Assembly: GCA_036172245.1 (NCBI GenBank)
Contig: JAYWIR010000040.1
Location: 1,488,001 to 1,552,000 of the forward strand
DNA length: 64,000 bases
Source of the DNA: Raillietiella orientalis
Lineage: Eukaryota
Direction of reading: 5' to 3'
How positions within the stretch are numbered: position 1 is the first letter of the stretch; the number at the start of each line of letters is the position of its first letter. This document shows, one piece after another, positions 49,764 to 61,698 of the stretch. Position numbers and translations under genes: made by a program. The notes under the pieces were generated by a model. That model worked only from the letters and a program-made list of their open reading frames with translations. It was not told the DNA's origin and searched no databases.

Positions 49764-52700
49764 CTGAAAATACAAATTTTTTTTTTTTTTTTTTTTCCCC
49801 CTTAAGCAAAAACGGTGATGATGGAACCAGCTCGAACTTATCCAAACAAAAGCTGTGGAAACCGCTGCATCTTTACCAACGCATGAGTACCACTTAATGA
49901 TGAAAAATACGTTCTGAACAACTCAACAGACCTTCGGGAGTTTTTGGGTGCTACTGGAAAGTCATCCAGGTGCTATTCTCACGCCACGTGGACACAGCAG
50001 CACGCTTGAAACTCTTAAACGAAGCAAAGAGGCACGAACCACGAGCCAGGCTTGTTCTACGGGCACCCTTTCTGCACGGATACTGATAGTGTGCGATCCC
50101 AGTTACACACTATCTTCTATTGAGTTTTCTATTTCTTTTTCTTGTTTATCTTGAAAAGGAAAACTTATCCGTGTATTCGCGCTCATTCCAGAGGGGGCCA
50201 GAGTGTGTGCAACAGATTACGTTTGGGGCACACCTTCGGATCGTGCCCGTGAGGATGTCCGGGAATAAACCCTCGTCTACCATGATGTGCAGTCATAATT
50301 ATACGAACCGAATTAAGGCGATTAAAGTCTTTCGTTTTGTCTTCCTTACCGTTTCCGTGTAACTGATGAGTGTGTGCGGCGTGTGTGTCAGCGTACGCGC
50401 CATTTTGAGCTTTCGATCGTGGCGCAAAATTCGTCGGCTATTCGTCGTCGCATTCTGAGCGGGAACTGCAAATTTCATTAGCGCTGAGAACGGCCCCAGG
50501 AATCGAAAGACATGGGATGGAGCTGTCAATCACCACCTCAAGTGGGCAACGCGAACTTTCATCTCCACGCGGTCCGCGCAAATGAAACGGCGCTCCGCAA
50601 ATACGCAAGCCGGAGACGCGCGAGCACCTCTTCTCGAAGCAGATCCCCCCCTGTTGCTGAGCAACGAGCGCAAACGACACGGCGAGACGTACCTCTGGAT
50701 TCTTCCTCAGGTTTCTTCCTTACTGTGCAAAAGCGCAGATGAGCGGACGATGCCCGCCGACGCGGCGAGCGAACAGCCACTGAGGCACAGGAGATGCGAC
50801 AGCCGAAGAATTCCATTCCGACGGACCATCAATCACTGATTCGTTATTACGGGCGTAATTCAGGAAATTCATCACTGTCCGGAGTCACTGAATTCTTTAT
50901 TCACTCGGCTCGTGCATCTCCCGAACCGGTGATAATTTCATCTCAAGTTGAATCCTCATTCTGATTTGTTGAGGACTCGGGAACCTCTCTTGTGCTCAGT
51001 GGGGGAAGGCCGCTCCAGGGTGATGGGCTGAATTCTTTAACCATCACACCACTCTTCTGCCTTCCTCCCCCCCTTTATTCGAGTGGGTGGTGAAACCCAT
51101 GCAAGTTTTCCCTTTGTTTTCATCAGCCCATTCCCTTCCCTGACCAAGGAAACGCGCACTGCCGATTGCTCCGAATTCATCTTTCGCTTGCCGTAAAACT
51201 CGGAAAGCTATTGCTTGACGTCTTTCCATCCAGTCGCCGGGTCAATCCAGAGCACTTTCACTTTCCCGAACTTGAGAGGCCTTCGGTCTCGGTTTCCGCG
51301 TCACTTTTCTTCTCTTCGAGAACACTGGGACCTTCTGATTTAATTACTGCTTCGCAAGATATGAGCGCTGCATGTCTAATTTGTGCTTGTTCCACCAGTC
51401 CCATTGATGTTTATGACTGCGCACTTCTTTCTCCCTGCTGTTGGGCCCCCGCGTGGGCTCTTTTTCGAGCTTGCGTGGACCGTGGACGTACATTTTTCGT
51501 ACTAAATACGTACATACTAAAATCGGAAAGTGAGCCAAGTTACGCACTCGGAGAGGGATGGGGGAGGGGGGCGTACCGTGTGAACCGTGTGGCGGTTTTT
51601 TGTCCACTGAATAGAAAGAGGATATGAGAACCACTACGAGTGGGTAGGACTGCATCCGCGAACGTCCGTGATTAATATGAATGATGGGGGATGCGACCAC
51701 TCCACCGTGCCGGACGCATGGTAGCCGCCGCCACTCCTTACGCTTCCTGCGCGCCATCTTGAACGACAGCCTCGGGAGTTGACGATGTTCACTCAATTTT
51801 CGGAAAACGCATCCACAAGGTATTCTTTTTCCTTTTTTTTTTTGTTTTAAAAAAAAGAAAAAGGAGGGAAGAACGTTTCAGACTGGACTCGGTGTAGCGC
51901 TTGCAATGAGTGCCTCGTTTTGCTCCGTGAACTGTACACGAAACCGTATCGGTTCGATTCGAGAGTAAGACGCACGGAAGACAGATTTCACGGAGGGAGG
52001 CTGATTAAGCATGTCTGAAACCACCAAATTATGTCGACGCGCTCACGTTCAAACGAAGGGGACAGGAACACATGCGACCTTCAGGTCAAGCGTTCACCAG
52101 AACAAATTCACGGCAGTGCCTCGACAAGATATCTGAACGTCCAGCAGCCTCCAGCATTCATTACGTTCTCCCGAAGGGAAAAAGAAACTGAAGAGGATAA
52201 TGACAGAAAAACAAAAAAGGCAACCACCACACGAACAGAGGGGAGGGGGAGGGGGGATGCAAATAATTAAGAATCAAGTGCGCTTTTGAATCTTAAGCTT
52301 GATACCAGAAACGTTCACCACGCAAACCCATTTTCCAGATGGGCAGTGGCAACATTGGGTAGGGGAGGGAGGGTAATAGGGAACAAATGCGTTTCGTTCT
52401 TGGGCGAACTTGTACCTGGTGACTGAGAAGCACGGAAAAAGTACGACAGAAAGTGCCACTGGCGATCCTCCGAACTATCCCTCGTGCCACCTTTGCTACG
52501 AAAGGACCGCATGCACGGCTGCTTCTTGATTGCGATGATTAATGACCACCCGAACCACTAAAACTCGGAAAGAGGACCAGTCGAGAATAAACTGCTCGCC
52601 ATCGATTCCGCGCGCTCGGAGGCATGCACTTTGCTGATGCTTGCTTCTGTGTGTGTTCGCAAGCAGCTGATTGTGTCGACGACAGCGAACACTGTTCCGT

Positions 52701-55665
52701 CCACCACACGTCACACAATGGGGAAGCATTTTTGCTGCTACAAACCCACAGAGTGGCTGCCACGACGAACGACACGATATCTCATCACAGAAGCAAAAAC
52801 CAATGTCTCGAAAACTCGCGCTGCGATGGGAATGATTATCGTCATCAGATATCCCCAGTTCATTGGGTTTGGAGCATTCTTCCAGAGACTCCAGTTTCGG
52901 GATTTGGAAGAAATCAAAACGGCACTGTCTATTCGAATAGATGCATACGTGGATACGTTTGGCTTTGGTTTCTCTCCCCCCCCCCCTCCCCTTTTCCTTC
53001 CGTCTTTTTTTTTTTTTTTTTCCTCCCCAAGCAGTTTGCGTGAACGACATTAAATACCTTTTCCTAGCACACTCCTGTCAATCTTCTTCTGCCGTTCTCC
53101 CCTTGAATTAAAAGCACACGCACCAAATTCTAATTTTTCATCTCTTTTCATACTTCGAGAAATACAGCGCATTTCAAAGCACTCCATATGCGGACAGAAG
53201 AACACACAAAGAGTTTAGATACAGCTGCTTGAGCGCAATTAAAAAGAAAGACGAAAAAAGCCTTCGGCCCTCAGAATCATTGCTCGACGTCCGGATCACA
53301 GTAGTGATTCGATCAGTTATTAGGGGCATCGACAACGAGAACAACCACAGTCAATATCTGAAATTAATGTGAGATAACAGCTTGTTTACAAAGTGTTACT
53401 TTGAAATCCGCCATTACTGTTTCGAAAGAGATAACCGCATCACCTTTTTAACGATGAATTTGTGTGGTAAAACGATTCTCGTGGTCGCCTCAAGAGCTGG
53501 GAATCCGGACAGCATCCTTTAAGAGCGGATGCAGAGCAAACATCGAATTTCCTTACTATTTTTAGTGCCTATCATTATTCAGACGAAAAGTCCTTACTCC
53601 CCTTCCCTTCCAAACTCCTTATTTCCCAAAGACTGCCCCCTCGCATCAGAAAGAAAAAAGAGAAGTGGGGAGTGTGGGAGAGGGGGGGGGAAAGGAAGCA
53701 CACACAAAGAACAAGCACACGCTCTCAAGGGATCCGCAATCCTGATCGTCGCAGTCTAGCAAAGATGATAATTCCAATTTTTCATCTCAGGGTCAGCGCG
53801 GTGACCGTGATCTCCCCGTGAACCGTTAGCAGTAATATTCGGGATCACATACCACCACCACCACCACCACCATGATTACGAGCTCAAGAGTACCCAGGAT
53901 GATTAAACCGGTAACTGTGAGCGGTCGGCATGGGCAACGAGGTTGCGGTCGTGACGACACGGAATTCCAGTACCATCGTGTGCGTGCATATGTGATCCCG
54001 GCCTCAATTTCATGGAGAAGCGAACCAAAGGATTGCAAGGATGGCAAAAAATCGATACCAATTGCCTATACGGTCAGCAACTTTGCATGACAGTCCCATC
54101 AGCTGCGAAACGCAGACAGCTTGCTTCCTCGAGAAGTGTGTGTATGCGTTGCGTGGTACGGACACGAATCTCAAGTGAACACTCTGTCTGCCTTGTGAGA
54201 CAGAGGCTGTTCGGACAAGTTGCTGCATCCTAACCGCAAGTTTTCATTTCGTCATCGGCTTACCTCGGATGGCACCAGAAGGAACAGCCGTCACTCCAGC
54301 GTTCGACCCACTGCCTGAATCTGTCCTGGCGTGCTCTTTCATCACTTTGTTTACCGTTCCGACGACACACGAGGAACTATCAAACACAAGTTTACTTACT
54401 GCAAAAATGTGTTTGGATGGAAAATGAAAAACAAAGCTGTATTTGCATAATGTATATAAGCTTGAAGGTACTTTTTTTTTTCTCTCTCTCTCTTTTTTTT
54501 TTCAAGAGGAAAGAATAGTCTAGCAAAAAGCATTCGGACTGAACCTCAGGCTAGCAAAGATTTCCTACCGCTGAAACACACAGCTCTTCCTGTCCACGAG
54601 GTCTTCATCCGAGGGCAAACGCGTCTCTTCAGACTGTTCGGGAAGGAATGTGCAAGGATCTTCCTGAAATCGAAACCATCCGTATCCACGTGGGCACGAA
54701 AACAACGGGTGTTGGGCGGATGTGGATCATTCACCATGCATAACCTGTTTCAAGGGCCTCGTCCAAGAAATGATATAGGTTTTTCTTTCAAAAGAAAAAA
54801 GGAAAAAAAAAAAAAGCCCCATCCTCCACACAGGGCAAGTCCTTATTATCTCAAACTCCGTGGCTATGAGTATAGAAATGAATATGTGTAATATAGTCGG
54901 CAATTATGTGCGCGCAATCGTGTTGCAGTGAAATGCTGCGTGCAGCTGTCGCATACCTGCCAGGCTCCGAAACTTCGCATGACCTGGACCGTCAGTACAA
55001 TAAGCTGAGTCCACCAGGCGAGACTTTGAAACAAGCAAATGACTCCGATGACCGCGGAGTAAGGTATGTTTCCTGAGAGCCGCACAGATGTACATGTACA
55101 TCTTCCAGCCAGCAAATACCGAAAAAACAAGCGCGAGTTTTACACTGTGGGGGCAAATCGAATTCATCCTCCGAGTCTTCACCATGAATAAAAAAAAGAA
55201 ATCGGATTTTGCATTCCGGGTTGGATACCTCTTCACCGCAGCCTCACAAAAGACTGACAGTCAAAGAAATCCGGAAACAAACGAGCGAACGACTTTTTTT
55301 TTTTTTTCTTTTTTCAATCTTCAGAGGACGGTGAGAAGCACCACTCCTGCAAACAAATGCGTCACAACGACGCGCACTCATACATGCAAAAAAAAAAAAA
55401 AATCCACAGGAACACCGACTGAAATGGACAGGAGGCATGGAGGTTCGCACTGTCGAGCAAGAATTCCCCGTCGGATGGGGTCAACCACGAATATCGCGAC
55501 CACTACTCCCTACACAAGTCACTGGAAGAGGGTCACTTGCTCAAGAAGCACGCACAACCTATGAATGATGGTACTGGAAAAAAAAAAAAAAAATGTTTCG
55601 CGTGCCCAATTCCGGAAAGGCGTTTTTGTTTTGCAAACGCATGCAAATGCTCACCACAGAAAGAG

Positions 55666-55669
<4 letters not shown>

Positions 55670-55698
<29 letters not shown>
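55670..55698. repeat. (GA)n microsatellite
   Basis: Direct reading. Confidence 0.9.
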
Positions 55699-55700
<2 letters not shown>

Positions 55701-57664
55701 TCTTAGGTGACTGAAAAAGAAGGAAAAAGATGAGACAACTTGCTACTAGGAATGCCGAGGAACACACACACGTGACAACGGTGCCCATGCCTACCGTGAG
55801 ACGAATAGAAGGCCACGAGATTACTGTTAGTTTCCGAAGAATCAGGCGAACCTTGAGCTGTAACACGTGGATGCAACAGCCCTACTGAGATCAAAGCACG
55901 CGGGGAGATGAAGCAGGTTTCTCAAAATGTACCTCTAAATGCAATTCCCTTCCACCGCTAATTAATCGAATTGACTGACGGGCATGAAATCCAGCACGTT
56001 TGATCCGAGTGGCTGAGAGGAGTTAAATGTTGGAACCGAACCGACGTCACCGCGATCACCGTGACGGTTTTCCTGTTGCTCGTTCCCCTTGGATTCGGTT
56101 CGTCGTCTGGATGTAAAGAAACGAAACATGAAAAGGAAAAAAGAAAGTGACGTGTTATCACGAATGAGAGGATGGTGGGCGTTCCCCGTCGATTCTTGAA
56201 CTCAAAATCGAACGGAAATCTTCGTAAGGAAATCGGCAAAGGATGTCCTCGGACCGCGCCGCACTCATCGAGATGCACGTTCTTCTTGCCTTTGCGTCAA
56301 AAGAGGTCACCGCTCGCTCTCAAAGAGGTGCCTTACATCTTTATCATCAGTGGGTTCTACCACGAAAGATAAAATCCTGGAAGAGCTTTCCTCGCTACTC
56401 GCTGGATCACACACACGTGTGTAAAAGAAAGCATAAAATGGGGAAGGCCGTGAAGAAAGCTGGTGTGACGCGCACTCTTTGTTCCGAACGACTTGGGTAA
56501 CATGCGGCAGATTGTGTAACACCCAGGAAGGAAAACGCTTCCCATTTTTTGTTTCGAGTGGATTCATCCAACCAGTTTGCTGCTCTCCTTTGCGGGTCTC
56601 CCTCCAGCTGCTTCGGATTTTCAGCTCACGTTTAATTTTCCCGCAAGACATTTTTCGATTCTGTCTCGGACGCGAGGGTAGAACCTTGCTGCTGCTCGAG
56701 GATTTTTCTTCTTCTTCTCCCAGGCAACTAAAGAACAGGAACCTTGCAGCCCTCTTCATAACGACCGTGAACAGCATCCGATTTTATCTCGTCAACATCT
56801 TTATAATCTTCATAATGTGCAGTTTGCTCAAAGAGCCGGAATCTGGTCCAACGGGCAGAGAGCAAAACTCGAACGCTCGCCGTCATTGCAATCCAAATTG
56901 ATTACCGAGGATCACATGGATACCCAGAAAACCACCTCCAGGAGCGATTTCTGATGACCGTCATGCAATGCATCTTTGGAGGTGGACGGACAGCAGACGG
57001 GAATGTGCAGGCGTCTTTCTACCAAGCGTTCCGTTCATATACCCGAAACCCGCCTGGATGCAGGCCTCACTTCCCGGACCCGCAAGCCGAATTCGCACCG
57101 ATTCCTTCGAAGGGATCACCTGCATCGCGGAATGCTGCTGCTTCAGATCACGGATTCTTCACGAGCCGATCGCACGCGGGAGTAGCACCGTGTCCACACA
57201 CCACATTCCTCTTCCTCTGTTCCCCCCCCCCCCCGTTTTCGACACTGGCCGAGCCGACAGAACACTCTGCGAAAGACACCGAGAATCATGAGGGGGGAAT
57301 CTCAAGCGCCTTATTCGGAGAGGAGGAGAACTGGACTGGCGCTCCCTCACCTCTTTCCCCGAATCCCACCCCACGCTTTCGCGACCCGGCGAATCCACCA
57401 AGTGAACTCGCAAAAGGGAGAAACGCCGGCGCTCCTCGGTCCTCGTTAACACGCACGAGTCTCGCCAGGCAGTGAAACGCATGCCTTCCCTTGTGTTCCA
57501 GGTGCTGTATCAGCATTCTTTGACGTGACATCTGAGACGCAAAAGAAAGTACCTCCCCACCTTCCTGCGTAATCCGCGTAGCGCGTTTCTCCCACACCAC
57601 TCTGACGTCTCACATGGAAAAGCTTGTCAAGTAGGAAAAATGCAGCCTTGGTAAGGTATGAGTG

Positions 57665-57700
<36 letters not shown>
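57665..57700. repeat. poly-A tract (36 nt)
   Basis: Direct reading. Confidence 0.95.
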
Positions 57701-57701
<1 letters not shown>

Positions 57702-57849
57702 AAGGAGGAAAAAGCAGCCTCAGGAAAGAATGAGAAAAGAACGAATTGAAATGATTCGTGTTCGCGAGTACCATCCCGCTACGGAGAAACGAAACAAAGC
57801 ATTCGCGAAAAAGACAGAAAAGTTCGCTGCCAATATTCGATGCGAACAC

Positions 57850-58515
57850 TTCGGCATTTCCCATGAGCTGGAAGCAAGAAGTGTTGTTTTCGCATGGGGG
57901 GTTCCAATGCAATGGGCGCTGTCACCATGTTGAGCCGCAACCTCGAACTGTTCCCAGTGTGGGAAGATTGAATCGTTCCCGCACCTGCTTTCGGACTGCA
58001 GTGCTCCCCACGAACTGTGGCTGTCTTCAGCACTCCTGCGCCAGCTCGACCATGATCTTCTGAGGCGATTTTTGCGCGCCCATAGGACTCTCGGCTGGAG
58101 CAGTGATCGCAACGAGATGTTGCACCCGCGCCATTGGCACGGTCCACTGCGTGTTAAGAGGGGACGCAAGCGCAGCGAAGAGAGGTCACCCGCATGGCGA
58201 CCGCTTACATGAGGTCGGCTGCTAGGTAGCCTCATCTCAAACAAGAAGACGGAGGTCGCCGGCATCCAGCACCGGCTCTAGAGCGAAGGAGTGGTCGAAG
58301 CAAAAGACCCCTGCGCTCACCTCCCTTTATTTGCGTATTTTTTTTTTTTTTTTTTCACTCCCCACCCTCATCCGTTACGGACTTTTAGAGTGGCCGACGG
58401 CCGACCTGCGTGTCGGTGTATCCTCATCTCGAACTTTTTCCTGTTTTCCGTTGGAAACCGCGTTCCTCCAAGCTTGTGTGTTCATCTTGAACAAACGTCC
58501 CGGCGTGAGCGGGCG
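57850..58515 (+). mobile_element. 5'-truncated L1/Tx1-like LINE, copy F
   Basis: Intact CCHC NCSQCGKIESFPHLLSDC..ELW; AQRREVTRMATAYMRSAAR*PHL; 3'UTR TCCGTTACGGACTTT..CCGACCTGCGTGTCGG and terminal ACAAACGTCCCGGCGTGAGCGGGCG match copy B. Confidence 0.8.
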
Positions 58516-59389
58516 ATCAAGCTCATTTGAGATAATACACCAACGGCTCCTTCTCCTGTAGCTTTCCTGAGAGTAGCGAACACCTGGTCACGAACGACCG
58601 TCCTCCGCTCGGCAACAGTGACGAAAAGATACACCCAGCTTCCTCGCCCTCAAAGAGCCACCTTTCAATCAGTTCATCAGCAGCAACCTCCCCGAAGAAA
58701 CCTGCCTTTCCTGGTTTCGCAACTCCCACGCACCGCGCATTCTCTGCCACAAGGTTACAGGAATCTCAAACACACACCTATTTTCCCATTCCGCTCCAGA
58801 GAAATTTAAACCAAATCCCTGAATCATTAGCTAAATTATTCCTTTATGCGTTCAGTCCGAGCAGCAAACAAACAAACGTGGACGTAAAAATTCGAATGAC
58901 AAACGACAAAGCTGACAAGCTGGCTCCATTTCTATTGTTTTTCCCACCGTGTAGACACATAAACTACGAACACAACCCGGAAAATGTGTTTGGTAAATGG
59001 CAGACAACAGCCTTACCCAGCGACAAACACCTCAAAGGAAATGAGAAACACGGCTTTATGGTAAGTCCAGCAAACACCTGATTACCAGAACAACCTGGAA
59101 ATCAGATGGACTACGATCATAAAATCTGTTTGAGTTGAAAAATTTCGCATGCTGCGGGCATAAGAAGATGCAAGGCTCGGGCAGTTAGCTTTGATACGCT
59201 ACAGATCCAACGTCCAGATGAAGCACTCTTCCCAGAGAACACGCTTTCTTCTTCTCTTTCCCATTCGCGGAAAACGTATCCGGAAAAAATTCGTCCCCTA
59301 TCTACTTGAAAGTAGCAGAATTCATGGGATCCGAAAGCGCAGAAAGATTTCCCGAAACGTCTCTTGCCGACACATCAATCCCAACAAAC

Positions 59390-59761
59390 CTTTTTTTCCC
59401 GGTGGACGCTCTCCACTGCTGCACGGGCATCCCCATCAAAGCTTGAAACATGGGGTGGGAGGTGGGTGGGGGAGGCGATATGTTATCCCGTACCATCAAC
59501 GGGCCACCAGTAGGCCTGTGCAAGATTACCCCACATGGAGTCCAGTACAAAGCTTCCGTACGTTTATGGAGTAACTACTGAAACTATTCCCTACGCGAGG
59601 CTTACCTCATCTCAGGATACATACTGCTTTTTATGCTCTCGTGATGCAGCAGCACAAAGCCACTTTTAAAGACTGCTACGCACGTTACTGAAGAAAGTCC
59701 ACGAAGAAAATACGCTCTTTTCCTCACTGATCGATATGCCAGCCACGTTTTTCTTTTCTTT

Positions 59762-59799
<38 letters not shown>

Positions 59800-60600
59800 C
59801 CTGCAACATCCACTCTAAAGTCGTTATCGAACGAAACCTCCAAAACGTACACACGAAGCCAAGAACCACAGGCATGATTAAAACGGATATCCTTAAAGTA
59901 ATAATGTGCCACAGGATACACGGGAGTGTACATATAATTACAAGAAAACCTCGCGGGTTTTGATTACGTTCTCCTTGTTCACACTACGATGGTACTGTCG
60001 CCTTCGCCCATCCGTTAATTTAAGAATCTTAAGAAACTACGGGTTACGTTGCGTTTAGGTTCGTTTTTAGACTTCTTGCACCTTACATTTGCAAAAGAGT
60101 TTCCAGAGAAGTTCGCGTGAAAGGTTCGGATTTCCATGCCCATCCCAAGGAACGGAAGGAGACCAAGCAATGCCAGCAACAGGAATAGGAGAGCCCATTG
60201 CAATCATCGACCGGAAACATCGTCTTAGAAACCTCCTACATACACTTCAGAAAAAAATTTATGTTTCGAATTTTTTTTTTGCATTCTGGTGAAATTTCCG
60301 AATGCTGCATTCCAAGACACGATACAAAATGAAATATGGTGCATTTTGGCAATCTACTTTGTAGAATACCGTACTATTCTTCAGTAGGTTGATGTTCTTG
60401 AAGAGACTGAAAAGATACTTTGTGAAGCAGAAAGTTTTCAGGAACCAAAAGCGTTTTCCTTTCACTGCAGGCGGAACTTGCAAAATTCTCGTCTTTATAG
60501 AGAATGGCAAATGACCATCTTTGCCAACACATGGACAGAGAGACAACCGTGACTTTCAACCTACCCATCCATCAGGTTGCCGTTAGCAACTGAGAAATTC
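59390..60600 (-). CDS. Unidentified multi-exon protein-coding gene (partial)
   Basis: Phase-compatible exons 60036-59968, 59891-59801, 59687-59606, 59552-59494 and 59441 onward; introns of 50, 53 and 52 nt (GTAAGG, GTAAGC, GTACGG donors) match the modal intron size of the two known genes. No family recognised. Confidence 0.4.
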
Positions 60601-61645
60601 ACGACGAAGCACAGACACACTCATATAATTACGTTCAATTCACTTACTTATCGAGCATTTTGCAAAGCAAGCAAAGGAAGCGACGGATCACTGCAATAAA
60701 AACACCACTCAAAAACGTCTAGTCTGCGGAGAATTCTGGCTGATGCCCATTTCAGCTCCAGTCAAACTACATGAAAGTCATCGAGAAACTGAGGCAAATC
60801 TCGCATTACTTCTTGAACTCCCATGGACATTCGCGAGCACGTCAGTTACGAGCAACCCATCCACACAGAACAAATGCACTCTTCATCCACTGATCCACGC
60901 GAAACGACCAAGACGTGATGCATTGTGATGAGAAACAACGCCGCGGGCAGTATTCTGCAGAGGGCATAATCATTCATAATCAGTCAGTAATCACGAGACC
61001 GATAGTCAATTAAATTTCAAATTATTCCGCCTGCATATATAAAAAAAAAAAAAACATGTCACTATTAGCATAAAACTTCACTGTTTGGGTTCACAAGCTT
61101 TTTGTGATGGGGGGAGGAAAAAAAAAAAAACTGTCGCTAGCAACAACCCACCTGCAGTGTCGCAGTAATTCATCTGTTCCATGAATCTATTTAATTAATT
61201 TTGCAAACCACAAATAAATCTGTGTCTAGGAATGATCATAAGATGATAAACAAAAGTGTGTGCACACGAATCGGAGGGATGCAGGCGCTTTAACGAGAAC
61301 TGCGTGAAGCTGTGACCCAACCAGTGATGACCGCTACTGCGGATGTCTCCCAGATGTTTTCCCAATGGGAAAAAAATTGCAAAAGCACAGTTTACAACGA
61401 GAAGACTGACTTTGGGGGATGGGAGGGGGGGGGGAAATGCATGCTATTTACTTTTTGAGGCGTCAATTCCTCTCTGGATGGTGGGCCCTGTTGTGCCAAA
61501 CAGGAATCGTCGGAAAGCAGCTCATCTTTTGACTCGAACAAGTCGTGCCCAAGTGAGTTCTTGCGGGGAAGAGCATACTTTTCGGAAACTGAAACGGTTT
61601 TCAACACCCATGAGCATGTGAATCACACATATGACGTCAAAATCT

Positions 61646-61650
<5 letters not shown>

Positions 61651-61697
<47 letters not shown>
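61651..61697. repeat. (AC)n microsatellite
   Basis: Direct reading. Confidence 0.95.

Positions 61698-61698
<1 letters not shown>

Noticed and set aside
60015..60203. Hydrophobic ORF (WALLFLLLALLGLLPFLG) as a signal peptide or GPCR helix
   Set aside because: There is an in-frame stop immediately upstream with no ATG or acceptor before the hydrophobic stretch; the frame is ambiguous.
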